A DNA stretch of 64,000 nt from Azolla caroliniana (Eukaryota; Plantae; Polypodiophyta). The notes beneath the pieces were generated by a model, which had not been told where the DNA came from, did no database searches, and worked only from the letters and a program-made list of their open reading frames with translations. The stretch is taken from positions 1,302,001 to 1,366,000 of the forward strand of contig JBHGNT010000005.1 of the NCBI GenBank assembly GCA_043228905.1, read 5' to 3'. Shown in pieces: positions 27,059-38,270 of the stretch (positions are counted from its first letter, which is position 1; every line of letters starts with the position of its first letter). The translations under genes were made by a program, and so were the position numbers.

Positions 27059-30000
27059 TCTCACACACATATCACTTAATCTTCCGCTTAACTTAATCGC
27101 ATAATTAAGCACTAATTAACCCTTGCTTAATTACTTACCTAATTCTTAACATGGTACCAAAGCGTGTGGTTTAGCACATCCACTAAGCTCATTTGCCTCT
27201 TCATAATTGTGTGTTCGAAACGCAGACGACAAATTCCGGCTATCCGCTACCATAATGCCGCTACGTAGCACGAGTACGTGATCGAAGGAAGAAAAGCAAA
27301 ACGGAAGACATTACATCAAAATGAACACACAAATAGGTAGCTCGCTCCTTAATGAAAAGCTAGACCGGAGCAATTATTCATCTTGGGAGTACAAAATGAC
27401 CCAATACCTTGTCGGCCAAGGGTATTGGAGCTACATCAACGACGCACAAGAAAATCGACCCGACTCAAAGAACGCTGACTACGCAACATGGGAGCAAGCG
27501 GCGAGTCGAGTCATGTATTGCTTCGCAACATGTGTCCACGACCACATGCTTAGCCACATTCAAGACGCCACGACGCCTAAAGAAGCGTGGGCAAACTTAA
27601 AGAAAATGTTTGCCACCAACACAACCACCCGAAAGCTTCAACTCCGACAAGAGTTGAACAACATTCGGCAAAAAGACATGTTCGTGTTGGACCACACCGC
27701 TAAGATCAAGAGCATTTGTGAATCGTTTGGCTCCATCAAAATAAATCTCGACGAAGACGAGATGGTTCAAGTATGCTTGGGCGGCCTCGCACAACGATTC
27801 GACTCGGTGAAGACGGCAATCTTGGGGAGGGAAAATCCTCCTTCGTTCTTCGACCTTCAATCAATGCTAATGGTTGAAGAGAACCACAAACAAACCAAAA
27901 CCAAGACATTGGAAGGACAAATGTTCTTCTCGAATTCGGATGGTGGTCGAGGACGAGGTCGAGGTGGTAGAAGAAGTCGATTCGACCCATCACACGAAGG
28001 GAACTCAAACCTTCGACAACAAGACGGAAGCCATCAAGGAACCTTCGGAATGAGCTGGAGTTTCAATGCCGAACAAGGTCAGTAAATGACGCCCGAAACT
28101 TGCAACTATTGCGGAAAAATCGGTCACCGCGAGGAGTGCCGAAAAAGAAGAAGCAAGTCGGCTTCGACAAGTCGACAACTCACAAATTACGCTGCCAACT
28201 CTGAATACGACGACTATGATGAACTATTCGCAATGAGGCATAGAGCGAACTCTATGTCGGTCTCCGACTCTGCAAGCACCTCCAACTTGGAAGACGTGTG
28301 GTTTGTCAATTCCGATGCCTCACATCATATGACGTCACACCAAGAGTGGTTTCGTGACTTAAGAACGCCTGACCGACCCGGCTTCATAGAGACGGGAGAT
28401 GATACCACACATCCCGTTCGACCCATTGGCAATGTCCCATTCGGGAAAGAAGGCGAGCAAACTTGCATCAAGAATGTCTTGCACGTGCCCACAATAACGA
28501 AGAATTTGGTCTCGGTCGGCTAAATCATGGAGTAAGGCATGCAAGTCCGCTTCAACAACGAAGGATGCTTCATCGAGAAAGATAGCCAACTCATAGCTAA
28601 GGGGCGGAGAGATGGTCAAATGTTCATCTTCGATTCGAACAAGGTGAAATCAACAATGTATGCTAAAGGTCTCAAAATCAAGACTAGCATCGAGTTGTGG
28701 CACAAGAGAATCGGCCACATAAACCTCCAACGGCGTCGAGCTATGCAATCAAAGGGAGTTGTCATCGAAATTCTGACATTTGAGTCGAAACGAGTCGACT
28801 GAGTATGCGAAACGTGTCAACTCGGCAAACAACATCGACTCCCATTCCCGAAGGAGAGCCACGCGAGCAAAGGCCTCTCGACATCATACACTCGAATGTA
28901 TGGGAACCGGCTCAAACGTCGACGATCGGCGGATGCTGATTCTACGTCACCTTCATCGACGACTACTCGCGCTACGCGTGGATCTTCCCTATGAAGAAGA
29001 AGAGTGAAGTGTTCTCCCACTTCTAAAAGCTCAAGGGCTAAGTCGAAAAAGAAATCAGTCGGCACATTCAATGCCTATGATCGGATGGAGGCAAGGAGTA
29101 CTTCTCCGATGAATTCACCTCCTACCTCCAAAGTGAAGGCATTTAGAGAGAATTCTCGTGCCAACACACACCCCAACAAAATGGAATAGCCGAAAGGAAG
29201 AATCGGCAAATACTCGCCATGATGCATGAAAAGCACATGCCGAATTTCTATTGGGCCGAAGTGGCATCCACGGCCGTCTATCTCATGAATCGATGCACCA
29301 CTAATGGAGTACATGAGCTAACTCCATACGAGCATCTCGTCGGAAGGAAGCCAATCCTGTCGCACCTCAAGGTGTTCGGAAGCATTGCGAATGTACGTAT
29401 CCCGAACAAACAACGACAGAAGCCCGATGTGAAGTTGGCGGAATGTATCCTCATAGGATACTCATCCACGAAGAAGGCATACAAGTGCTACAACCCTTCT
29501 ACCCGAGCGGTTCGAGTAAGTCGAGACGTAGTCTTCGACGAGTCCACACCAGAGACAACTTTGACTCCGACTCTGCTCGACCCGAAATCCGCCGAACAAG
29601 AGGTAGAAGATGGAGATCGCTTCAAACACATGTTTGAAAAAAGTCCGATTACAACAAGGCCTAGTGGGCCAGAAGAGGCCCCACGTGACCCAAGCATGTC
29701 GCGGCCAAGTACGAACTTGGACAAAGGCAAAAGTAAGATGCTCGAATACGAAGTCGATCACCCCGACGACAGTGATTCGGATGTGTTGGCTCCCTTCCTA
29801 GACATTGAGTTTGGTGTACCCATCATGTGGACACCTGGAGCAAAGAAGGCGCTCACATCAGTGAGCGAAAAACTTTGACGCTGATCTAGAGCTAAGAACC
29901 CCGTCGCCCGGCTACAACGAGTACATGGCCCATCACTATGCCTTCGCGATGAAGGTAGTGGCCGAACAAGAGCCCAAGAGCTCCACTGAAGCAGCTCGTA

Positions 30001-30482
30001 ACCCACGATGGGTGGAAGTAGTCGACCTTCGCCCACACACTACAAGCCTTCGTTATCGGCTTGAGGGGGAGGAACCGAGATTGCCACGACAAAGAAAGCC
30101 GAAGGCCGGACGGAAGCACACGAAGCAGACGAAAGCCAAAGCGGATGCCTCACACTTGAGCTTGAGGGGGCGTGTTGAGAGATCAAGCTCAACTTAGTTT
30201 AGTTAGTTAGTCAACCATGTAACTTTGTAGTTACCTAGATAGAATCTAGTTAGAAGTGTTGACTATAACACCTTAAATAGGATCTTGTACTTAAGTGGGA
30301 TATTCTAGATCCTCCACTCCCAAGTACATTTAATATAGGACTTACACTTTTGTACCTATATTATCCTCAGACATGTAATATACCTCATTGTAGGTATTTT
30401 TGTAGGTATTTTTGTATTTGATGATGATAATGTTAATTTAATATACTTACTCATTCCCCATCTTGTGTTGTTCATAAGTGTA

Positions 30483-30523
<41 letters not shown>

Positions 30524-30603
30524 TCACTTAATCTTCCGCTTAACTTAATCGCATAATTAGGCACTAATTAACCCGTACTTAATTACTTACCTAATTCTTA
30601 ACA
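26694..30603 (+). mobile_element. Ty1/copia LTR retrotransposon, internally deleted (lacks most of RT-RNase H)
   Basis: LTRs 26694-27151 and 30173-30603 (TG...CA). PBS tggtaccaaagc (degenerate tRNA-iMet) at 27152; PPT ttgaggggg near 30162; TSD cttat/tttat. Coding order gag, zinc knuckle, protease, GAG-pre-INT, integrase. Confidence 0.95.
27321..30172 (+). pseudogene. Copia gag-pol polyprotein remnant
   Basis: KLDRSNYSSWEYKM, TPKEAWANLKKMF (gag); CNYCGKIGH (knuckle); WFVNSDASHHMT (protease); LWHKRIGH; FYWAEVASTAVYLMNR and ECILIGYS..KAYKCY (integrase). Multiple stops and frameshifts; RT is lost after NPRWVE. Confidence 0.9.
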
Positions 30604-30857
30604 TTTATGCTATGATGTATTAAGTATGTTTATTCTACGATGTATTAAGCATTTATTTTGATTAATTAGGTACTAAAATAACAAGAAATTAGTTGTTGGA
30701 ATACATGAGAGTGGCAATGGTAGATGTCAAGGAGAGTGAGTTGTCATGTAGCAATTCTATGTCTGAGAGGAGCAAGAGACGAGTGGTTCTTCACTTAGTC
30801 CGTTATTTACTAGAAGTAATTGAGAGATAGGAAGATCGTAGGGATATTATCTCTAGA

Positions 30858-33310
30858 GTGTTACACCATCAACTTTTGAATGTGTGCATGGAAAATATTA
30901 AGTTTAGGGACCAATGTGTTTCAGAGGAGATTGTAGAGTCTATGAAGTCATCCCTACACTTAGTGAAAGGGGTAGAGAGCATAGATCAACTTGGTGCAAA
31001 GAGAGCAGCCCTTCACATGGTTGGTATCAAGGAAGTATATAAGGAGACATGTGTTACTACCCTTGTCTCAGAGTTTAAGAACCAACTCGGGGAGTTCATT
31101 CCACATAACTTTAGGAGTTATTGGCAAAATTCACAGTTCAAGGAATGTATAAATAACTTACCACTAGATGTTATAGTATATGTTATTGACTTTGCAGAGA
31201 ACTATACGTTTAAAGTTCAAAATGAGGTTCAATGAATACATTGGTACAATGACCAATGTACAATAATTGTACATATTTGCTACTAGAGAGAAGACAGTGA
31301 GTTACATAAGAAATCAATATTCTACATTTCAGATGATAAAACCATGATATACTATTTGTTCAACATTGTTTTAAGCTTCACCATGCAGATTTATTGTCAT
31401 TGGGTGTTAACTTTAATCGCCATTGAGTTTGGTTTGATGGTGCTGCCTTGCAATTTAAGGCGGCCCGGTCCTTCTACTTCATTGCAAGGTGAGGAAATAA
31501 TCAATATGTTTGGTACTTATAAAGGGAAGTCTATTTTGGTAATACTCCATAGTACTTATAGATGGTTGTATAAAATACTGAATTAGGAATTCTCCAACTA
31601 CATGCACCAGTACTGTCTTGAAATGTGAATCTAAACTGATTTGGTAATAACCATATTAAGTAAACTTAACTTACAACTTAGTATTGTCCTCCTACGTGCA
31701 CAAGTACTAATTAAGGTTTAGGCCCTGTGATGTATCCTTAATTTACAACATAGTATTGTCCTCTCTGGTGCTCATGCACAAGTATTGACTATGGTTTACA
31801 ACTAAGTACTCAGATCCCGCATGCACAACTACTAATTTATATTTCAGCATTGCCCTCTCTTGTGCATTAGTACTAATGAATAACTTAGTACTATCCTATT
31901 TCGTTTATTAGTACTAATTTTATAACTTTGGACTGCCATCCGGCAAGCACGAGCACTAATTAATACTTACATTGTCCTCTCTCAGTAATGTTTGTACTAA
32001 TTCATAACTTAGTTGTATTCAACTTTGTTCGTTAGTACTCATTTATAACTAAGGATTGCCCTCTCTTATTAATACTAATTATTAACTTAGTACTATCCAA
32101 CCATGTTCATTAGTACTAATTATTAACTTAGTACTATCCAACTTTGTTTACTAAGACCAACTTATAAGTTAGGATTGTCCTCTCTCATGCATTAGTACTA
32201 ATTAATAACTTAGTACTCTCCAACATTGCTCATTATGACCAACTTATAACTTATGACTGTTCTCTCTCATGCATGCCTACATAATTAATAACTTACCACT
32301 TCCCTCTCTCGTTTGTTAGTACTAATTTCCAACTTAGTATTATCCTTTCTCGTGCATTAGTACTAATTAATAACTTACCACTTCCCTCTCTAGTCTGTTA
32401 GTACTAATCTCCAATTTAGTACTATCCTCTCTCGTGCATTAGTACTAATCAATAACTTAATACTATCCTCTCTTGTTCATTTGTACTGATTCGTCTGTTA
32501 GTATTGTTCACTCGTGCATAAGTAATAATTATGGTTTAAGTCATGCAATTAATTGTGTTTGTTGGCTAACTATCATGCAAAACACCCAAATACTTCTCAT
32601 TGACAAACATTACAATGCAATGGAACTACTTCGGGTCTGGACATGGAAAGGGAGAGCACGATGGCACGAGGTTGTGATCAAGCATGCTCTTACAAGTGAC
32701 CAGTTGGATAATAAAGGTGCTAAGTTACAAAATGCACATGATATTGTGGAGTGGCTAACATGGAAGATGTCAAATGATGGTAAGAATAGATTGTTTATTG
32801 AGGTTTGTGTTAATGAGGTGGATAGGAGTGAACCATATGGTTGTAAAACCGTGAAAGGGACCCGCAAGACCCATTGTGTTTTAGGGTTTAGTCGCAAGGA
32901 CACAACACAATTGTTATTCCGCAGTTTATCGTGCTTTTGTTCCATGTGTTTAGATGAAGCTTGGGATGAATGCACCAATCTATCAATTGTGGAGCCATGG
33001 AAGCTATAGAAGCTAGAGATAGAACAACGTGTGGATATCCAAGAAAACGAACATTCAGACAATATTGTATACTACAACCAATGTGAGGACTTGGCAATAT
33101 TATTGGAAGTTGGAGATCATTTTGCAGTGCTCAAATCTCCTCAGAATGAAGATTTTGAAGACTACTACATTGTGGTGTGCAAGCAAGGAAATACAATATT
33201 GGAAGAAGTCGTGTGGTGCACATGTTCAATGTTGGTGAGTTTGTCATGTATGGCAACAACTATGCAAAGTTGGCACAATGCAAGAACACATGTGCATTGT
33301 TAAAAGATGC
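30858..33310 (+). pseudogene. Sola2-like DDD transposase pseudogene split by an intron of about 1.1 kb
   Basis: VIDFAENYTFKVQNEVQ*IHWYNDQCTI...FYISDDKT/HD..FVQH...VWFDGAALQFKA..FYFIA, then donor ag|gtgagg at 31489. It resumes near 32610 as MQWNYFGSGHGKGEHDG/VIKHAL...KGTRKTHCV...RSLSCFCSMC. Confidence 0.8.
31660..32530. repeat. Degenerate minisatellite (about 40-45-bp unit with AGTACT core) filling the transposase intron
   Basis: Roughly 20 units resembling cattagtactaattaataacttagtactatcctctctcgtg. Confidence 0.85.
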
Positions 33311-33329
33311 ACCCACCGCAATAATTCAA

Positions 33330-33760
33330 GAACCCTAAATGACAATAACACATAGAATCAAACATATAGTAGAACATGTATCAAATGTCATTAGGGTTGG
33401 GGTTGTACAAAATTCAAGCACCTATAGAAAATGACATAAGCATGTTGACCGACTCTCAAATTCAAGCATATGCATATACAAAACTCTCAAATGATCAAGG
33501 GAGAACAACAACAACAACAAAACCCTAAACGATAATAACAGATAGAATCAAACATACAGATAAACATGTCCCAAACATTGTTATGGTTGCAGATGTACAA
33601 AATTCAAGCACCTATAGAAAATGACATAAGCATGTACAAGACTCTCAAATTCAAGCATATGCATTTACAAAGCACTCAAATGATCAAGGGAGAACAACAA
33701 CAACAAAACCCTAAATGACAAAAACAGATAGAATCAAACATACAGTAGAACATGTACCAA
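33330..33760. repeat. Tandem repeat of about 190 bp, about 2.3 copies, within the DNA transposon
   Basis: aaccctaaa(t/c)ga(c/t)aa...agaatcaaacata starts at 33331, 33521 and about 33707. Confidence 0.9.
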
Positions 33761-34519
33761 GTAGAGGGAACACGACCAGCAGAGCAGAGACCGATGTGAG
33801 GAGACACGGTTAGCACACCACACTTCAGAGAACGCCTGAGAGAGAGAGAACACGGCCAATAGAGGAAAGCTCGATGCAACGAGGACACAGTACAACACTT
33901 GAGAGAGAGAGGACGTGATGAGGACACAGTTGAACACCTAATGTCGATGCAGCGAGGACACAACAGGACATATGAACGTATTGTTGTTGCAAAGAGGACA
34001 CGACGAGCAGGGAATGCTTGGAGTTTGTAGGGTGAGCAGAGAACGTGAAGAAACTTGTGCAGAAGTTGGAAAAGAGAGAGGGGGGGGGGGGGGGGGGGGG
34101 GGGGGATGTTATAACGAGTGGAAGGGGGAAGGAAAAAGTAACAGAGAGAGGAGGTATGAACGTAGGGAATCAGCGAGTGTAGTGAGAGAGAGAGAGAGAG
34201 AGACTAACTGACAGTTCGAGATAAACCTTCAAACCAAGAGAGACAGAGAGACAGACATACTATCTTCATGATTGACTGACTACTTGAGATCTTATATAGT
34301 TAAGACCTCCTTACAACATTACCTAGAATTTTAACACAAGTGATGTTTTTTCATATTTGAAATCTATTTTCATTGAATGTGACTTTTAATTTTAACACAA
34401 GTGATCAACTTTTTAAACCCAAATATTGGATTTATTTTTACATTTTAAAGTTTTTCCTCCACATGGAATTAGTACTAAAGTTTTGGCCAAAAGTTGGTAC
34501 ACCGTAGCGTGCTCTGACT

Positions 34520-37500
34520 ACTATCAAGTGGAGTTCGAGCTTGAACGCATGGTACCGATCTTACTGGAGAAGAAAAAAGTGACGGTCAAGGGAGGATGGG
34601 TTTCTTCCACACGTGGATTCACAACTTCTCCACAAATCAGGTACTTCATGATTTAGATTCATATCATACATGTGTGGCGATGTTTCCCAATTTACGTAAA
34701 GAATGAGTCCCTTTTGTGCATCTAATTGCCATCACTATTGGTATGGTCTTGGAAACTTATGATAGGCCTCGTTAGATCGAAGATAGGTATATGGGAGATG
34801 CATCTACAAAACATTTGATTTCTAAGTCTACAGTTTTTCCCTCAAATATCTTGTTGCCCAATTTACTTGACTCAAAGGCAAGAATCTTATTCTCAGAAAA
34901 TCTTGTATAGGGGTTTGCCAAATCAATGTTTTCGTTGTTTTGGATCTGGCCATTTGTCAAAAAATTGCCCAAAATTGAATAAAGATACGGACAAGCATGT
35001 ACCCAATACAACTATAGTTCCGTATCAGGATAGATATGATTGTTGTACTAAGGTAGGGCATAAGAAGACATCTTCACATGTATCTCATGACAAGCCTCAT
35101 CATGTGTCAATTAATAATTTAAAGGAATTTCCCCTCTTACAAAATAGGTATTCTACTCTCCATGTAGAAGAGGATCATTTACACGAAGTGAATACTTCGG
35201 ATAATCCATCGTCCCACCTTTTCCAACAAAGATTTAATTCGATTTTTTCCTCACAAAAGATAGACTCTTTCCACTCATTTGCCTAAGTCTTTCCCGTTGT
35301 TGGTAGTAGGCCAGCCACCCTTGAAAATAGTTGAGAATCAACAGTTAACAACATCTGTTAATTTGGTTTCTTCTGAAAAATTAAAAGGAAAAGTTGTTTC
35401 TAGTCAAGATACTACAGATGTGGAAATGCCTCCAAGTGTTATGGGAATCAAAGAAAACCAACAAAACAATGTTTCTATTAATTCGATTCCTTTTGATAAG
35501 CTCATACGAAAATATGTTTCTGGTCAATCAAATATTATGGGTGTTGAAATGGCTCAAGGAGTAGATAAAATTCCTTGTGTTGGATTTCAATTCACAATTT
35601 CACAAGATACCCTGACACTTCAAACCCCTCAAAAGCAAGTTAAAGATCATACAGTGCATAAGTATGCAAGGAACTATCTGCTTTTAAAAAGACAAGCAAG
35701 AGCTCATGAGGGTGCCCAAAAAGGCCGTCGAGATTTTCTTCTAAAGAAAAGGACACCAATAAAATCTGTGTAAGATGGACACCTTACATCTTATTTCCTG
35801 GAATGTGCAAGGCCTGGGTGGTGAGGCTTTCCGCAGATTTAAAGGACTCTTATCCTCAGATTTAGGTCCTATTACACAGTCCACTATAGTGGATGTTGAG
35901 TTTGCAGATGATACAACCCTCTATGTTGATGGGGAGATTGGTAATTTCGGTCTGGTACAAAATGCTTTGCAGGTTTTCTCAGATGCTACAGTGCATCACT
36001 TAACTGGAATAAGTCAGTTGGCATTTGGGTGGGTGTAGAAACTCACCCTACGTGGTGTCTAGATCCTGCTTTCGATGACTTCATCATGTTGAACTAGTTC
36101 GATATTTGGGATGTATGGTTGGAATAGATTTAATGCCAGAAGCAATGATATCTCTATTACTATTATCAATAAAACGTAAATTACTGTTTGGTATGCCCAA
36201 CAATTGTGTTTTGCAGGTCGGGTTGTAGTAGCAAACACAGTATTGTTGGCATCAATGTGGTTTATGGCATTTGTGTGGCTATTTTCTAGATCAACAATAA
36301 CGAAAGTGCAAACATTGATCAGTAATTTCCTTTCGGGGGGGGGGGGGGGGGGGGGGGACATGGCTCTCCTACAATACCCAAAGTTGCATGGAATGTGTTG
36401 ATTCAGCCTAAATCAATGGAGGGTTGGGTTTGATAGATCCTTTGATGCAATCAAGAGCTCTCCTCACTAAGTTTGTGATCAGAGGATTGTTGTCAGCACG
36501 AGAAGCTTGGAAAGGAATATTTCTAAATTAATTAATGCAGTTAACTCTTAAGACAGGAGGAGCATGGTCACCCTCTCGAAAGTGGTTGTTCTTGAATGAT
36601 ATGAAAACGCCAAGATGGAATCTTGCATCCAATAGATTTTTGCTAGGAATCATAAGAGCATGGGATGCGATTAAATCGTTTTTGCTCAAGGAAAAACCTT
36701 CTATGTGGGATGCGTTACTTAATTAGTCTATACTTGCCAATTATCTATTTCGTGATAATGCAAGAAAAGTGTTGGGCCTGCGAACTCACCTTGCATGGGG
36801 TACATTGGATATGGGCCAGCTGCATCTATAAAAACTTGGACTCAATTTCAACAAATGTCACAAGAAGATCGTCTTGCACATCCACAAGTAGTTCATGGTG
36901 CCAAGATAATGATTGTTACCATATCAACAACATATTCTTTGTTTTTTAATAACAACGGGCTTCCAACCCATGCAGGAACATCTATGGTTTGGATGCTTCA
37001 CAAATGATACATTGATGTTTGTTAAGGTTGTTTCATCTAACGGGTGTGTTCTTATTTTAAGGTCCTAGACAACAATATATTGCAATCTTATACCTTTGAT
37101 TGCAATTATCTACAGGACTTGCAAAGTGCACCAGACAGAGTGATTGCTAAAACTGGAAAGAAATGGATCCTTGATCCTTATTCTTCAATTTCTCATATGT
37201 GTGATGTCCTGTGGTTATACGCAAAAGATCTTGTCGCAAGATTAACAAGGATCCGAGGGGTTAGATTTGGTCTCACTCCTTGGGGGAAAAGATCGTAAAG
37301 GTCCCCGTCTTTCAGTACTTAATAACTTGGAAGATCATTACTGCTCTCTCGAAATGTAACGATACCAACAACTCAAAAACATTCGACCAACGGGGGTGTC
37401 TCAACTTTGCATTTGAGAACCTATTGGAAATGGATCTGGTCATTCAAGGGGCCAACTAAATTTATTCTCATTCGATGGCTATTAGTGCATATTTCACTAC

Positions 37501-38270
37501 CAATTGGTCAGTCATTGAAAGGGAATGTAGCACCCAATTTGCGGCAATGTGGCTTTTGCCATTACGCTCAGAAGACTACCAAGCATGTCCTATGGTCTTG
37601 TCCCTTCGCTCAACAAGTATGGAATAAAGTCATGTCTTTATTCCTAACAATCAATGTCGGTTGCCTATTCTCATGGGGATCAGCAATGTGGGGAGTGTTA
37701 CATTCCAACTTGATGTTGTATGAGGCGAACGATGTTCATGAGGCAATGATAGTACATAATAGAAGATTGATATTAGTTAGTCCCTTTCAGCAACCTCAAA
37801 AGCAGGTGCGATCTATCCTTATTTGGAAAACAATGACCACAATAATGTTATGGGCATTATGGAAATATTGATGTAACTGACTTTATGATGCGGCAGACAT
37901 TCATCTCTCAGATGTGTTGCTTGAGATATGGGAGAACTTGCTAGCAATAATCAGTGGCCAGTATGATAATATGAAAGGTTCCCCAAACACTATGAACAAG
38001 AGAAGGAAAAAGCTTCTTCACTTATGGAAAAAGTTGCCCATGTTTATAATGTCAACTCAAGAGCCTCAATGGCACTATCTAATTCCACAGACTCTTTCTT
38101 GAATATCAACAAATGTCAACACCTTCTACAAAGTTTGATACTTGGTCCTAGGATTATTTTACATCATTGTATAGGAAAAGTTGCAACCTCATGGGCAGCT
38201 AGGTTCAAGTTGTAGCCTTCGGGCGTTTTTTCTTAATACTATTGAAGAAAATCTTTAAATAGAAAAAAGG
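34520..38270 (+). mobile_element. L1-type LINE, 3' part: ORF1 zinc knuckle and internally deleted ORF2 (EN start fused to RT C-terminus, zf-RVT)
   Basis: LPNQCFRCFGSGHLSKNC (CCHC); MDTLHLISWNVQGLG (APE start) followed directly by DVEFADDTTLY; AGRVVVANTVLLASMW; WLLVHISLPIG...CGFC...TTKHVLWSCPFAQQVW; A-rich end near 38260. Confidence 0.9.

Larger units (their letters stand above)
25155..34519 (+). mobile_element. Sola2-like DNA transposon (9.4 kb including nested insertions), 24-bp TIR, 4-bp TSD ACTA
   Basis: Left end GGTCGAAGCATGCTACGGTGTACC matches the reverse complement of the right end, AGTCAGAGCACGCTACGGTGTACC, at 20/24. acta at 25151-25154 and 34520-34523; removing the element restores LINE codons aat-tac-tat-caa. 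A transposase remnant lies inside. Confidence 0.85.

Noticed and set aside
31660-32530. Regularly spaced palindromic repeats resembling a CRISPR array
   Set aside because: The units are degenerate tandem copies without unique spacers, there are no cas genes, and the context is a eukaryotic intron.
34080-34106. Long G homopolymer (also near 36335) as a functional G-quadruplex
   Set aside because: Both lie in dead TE sequence; slippage expansion or uncertain homopolymer length explains them.
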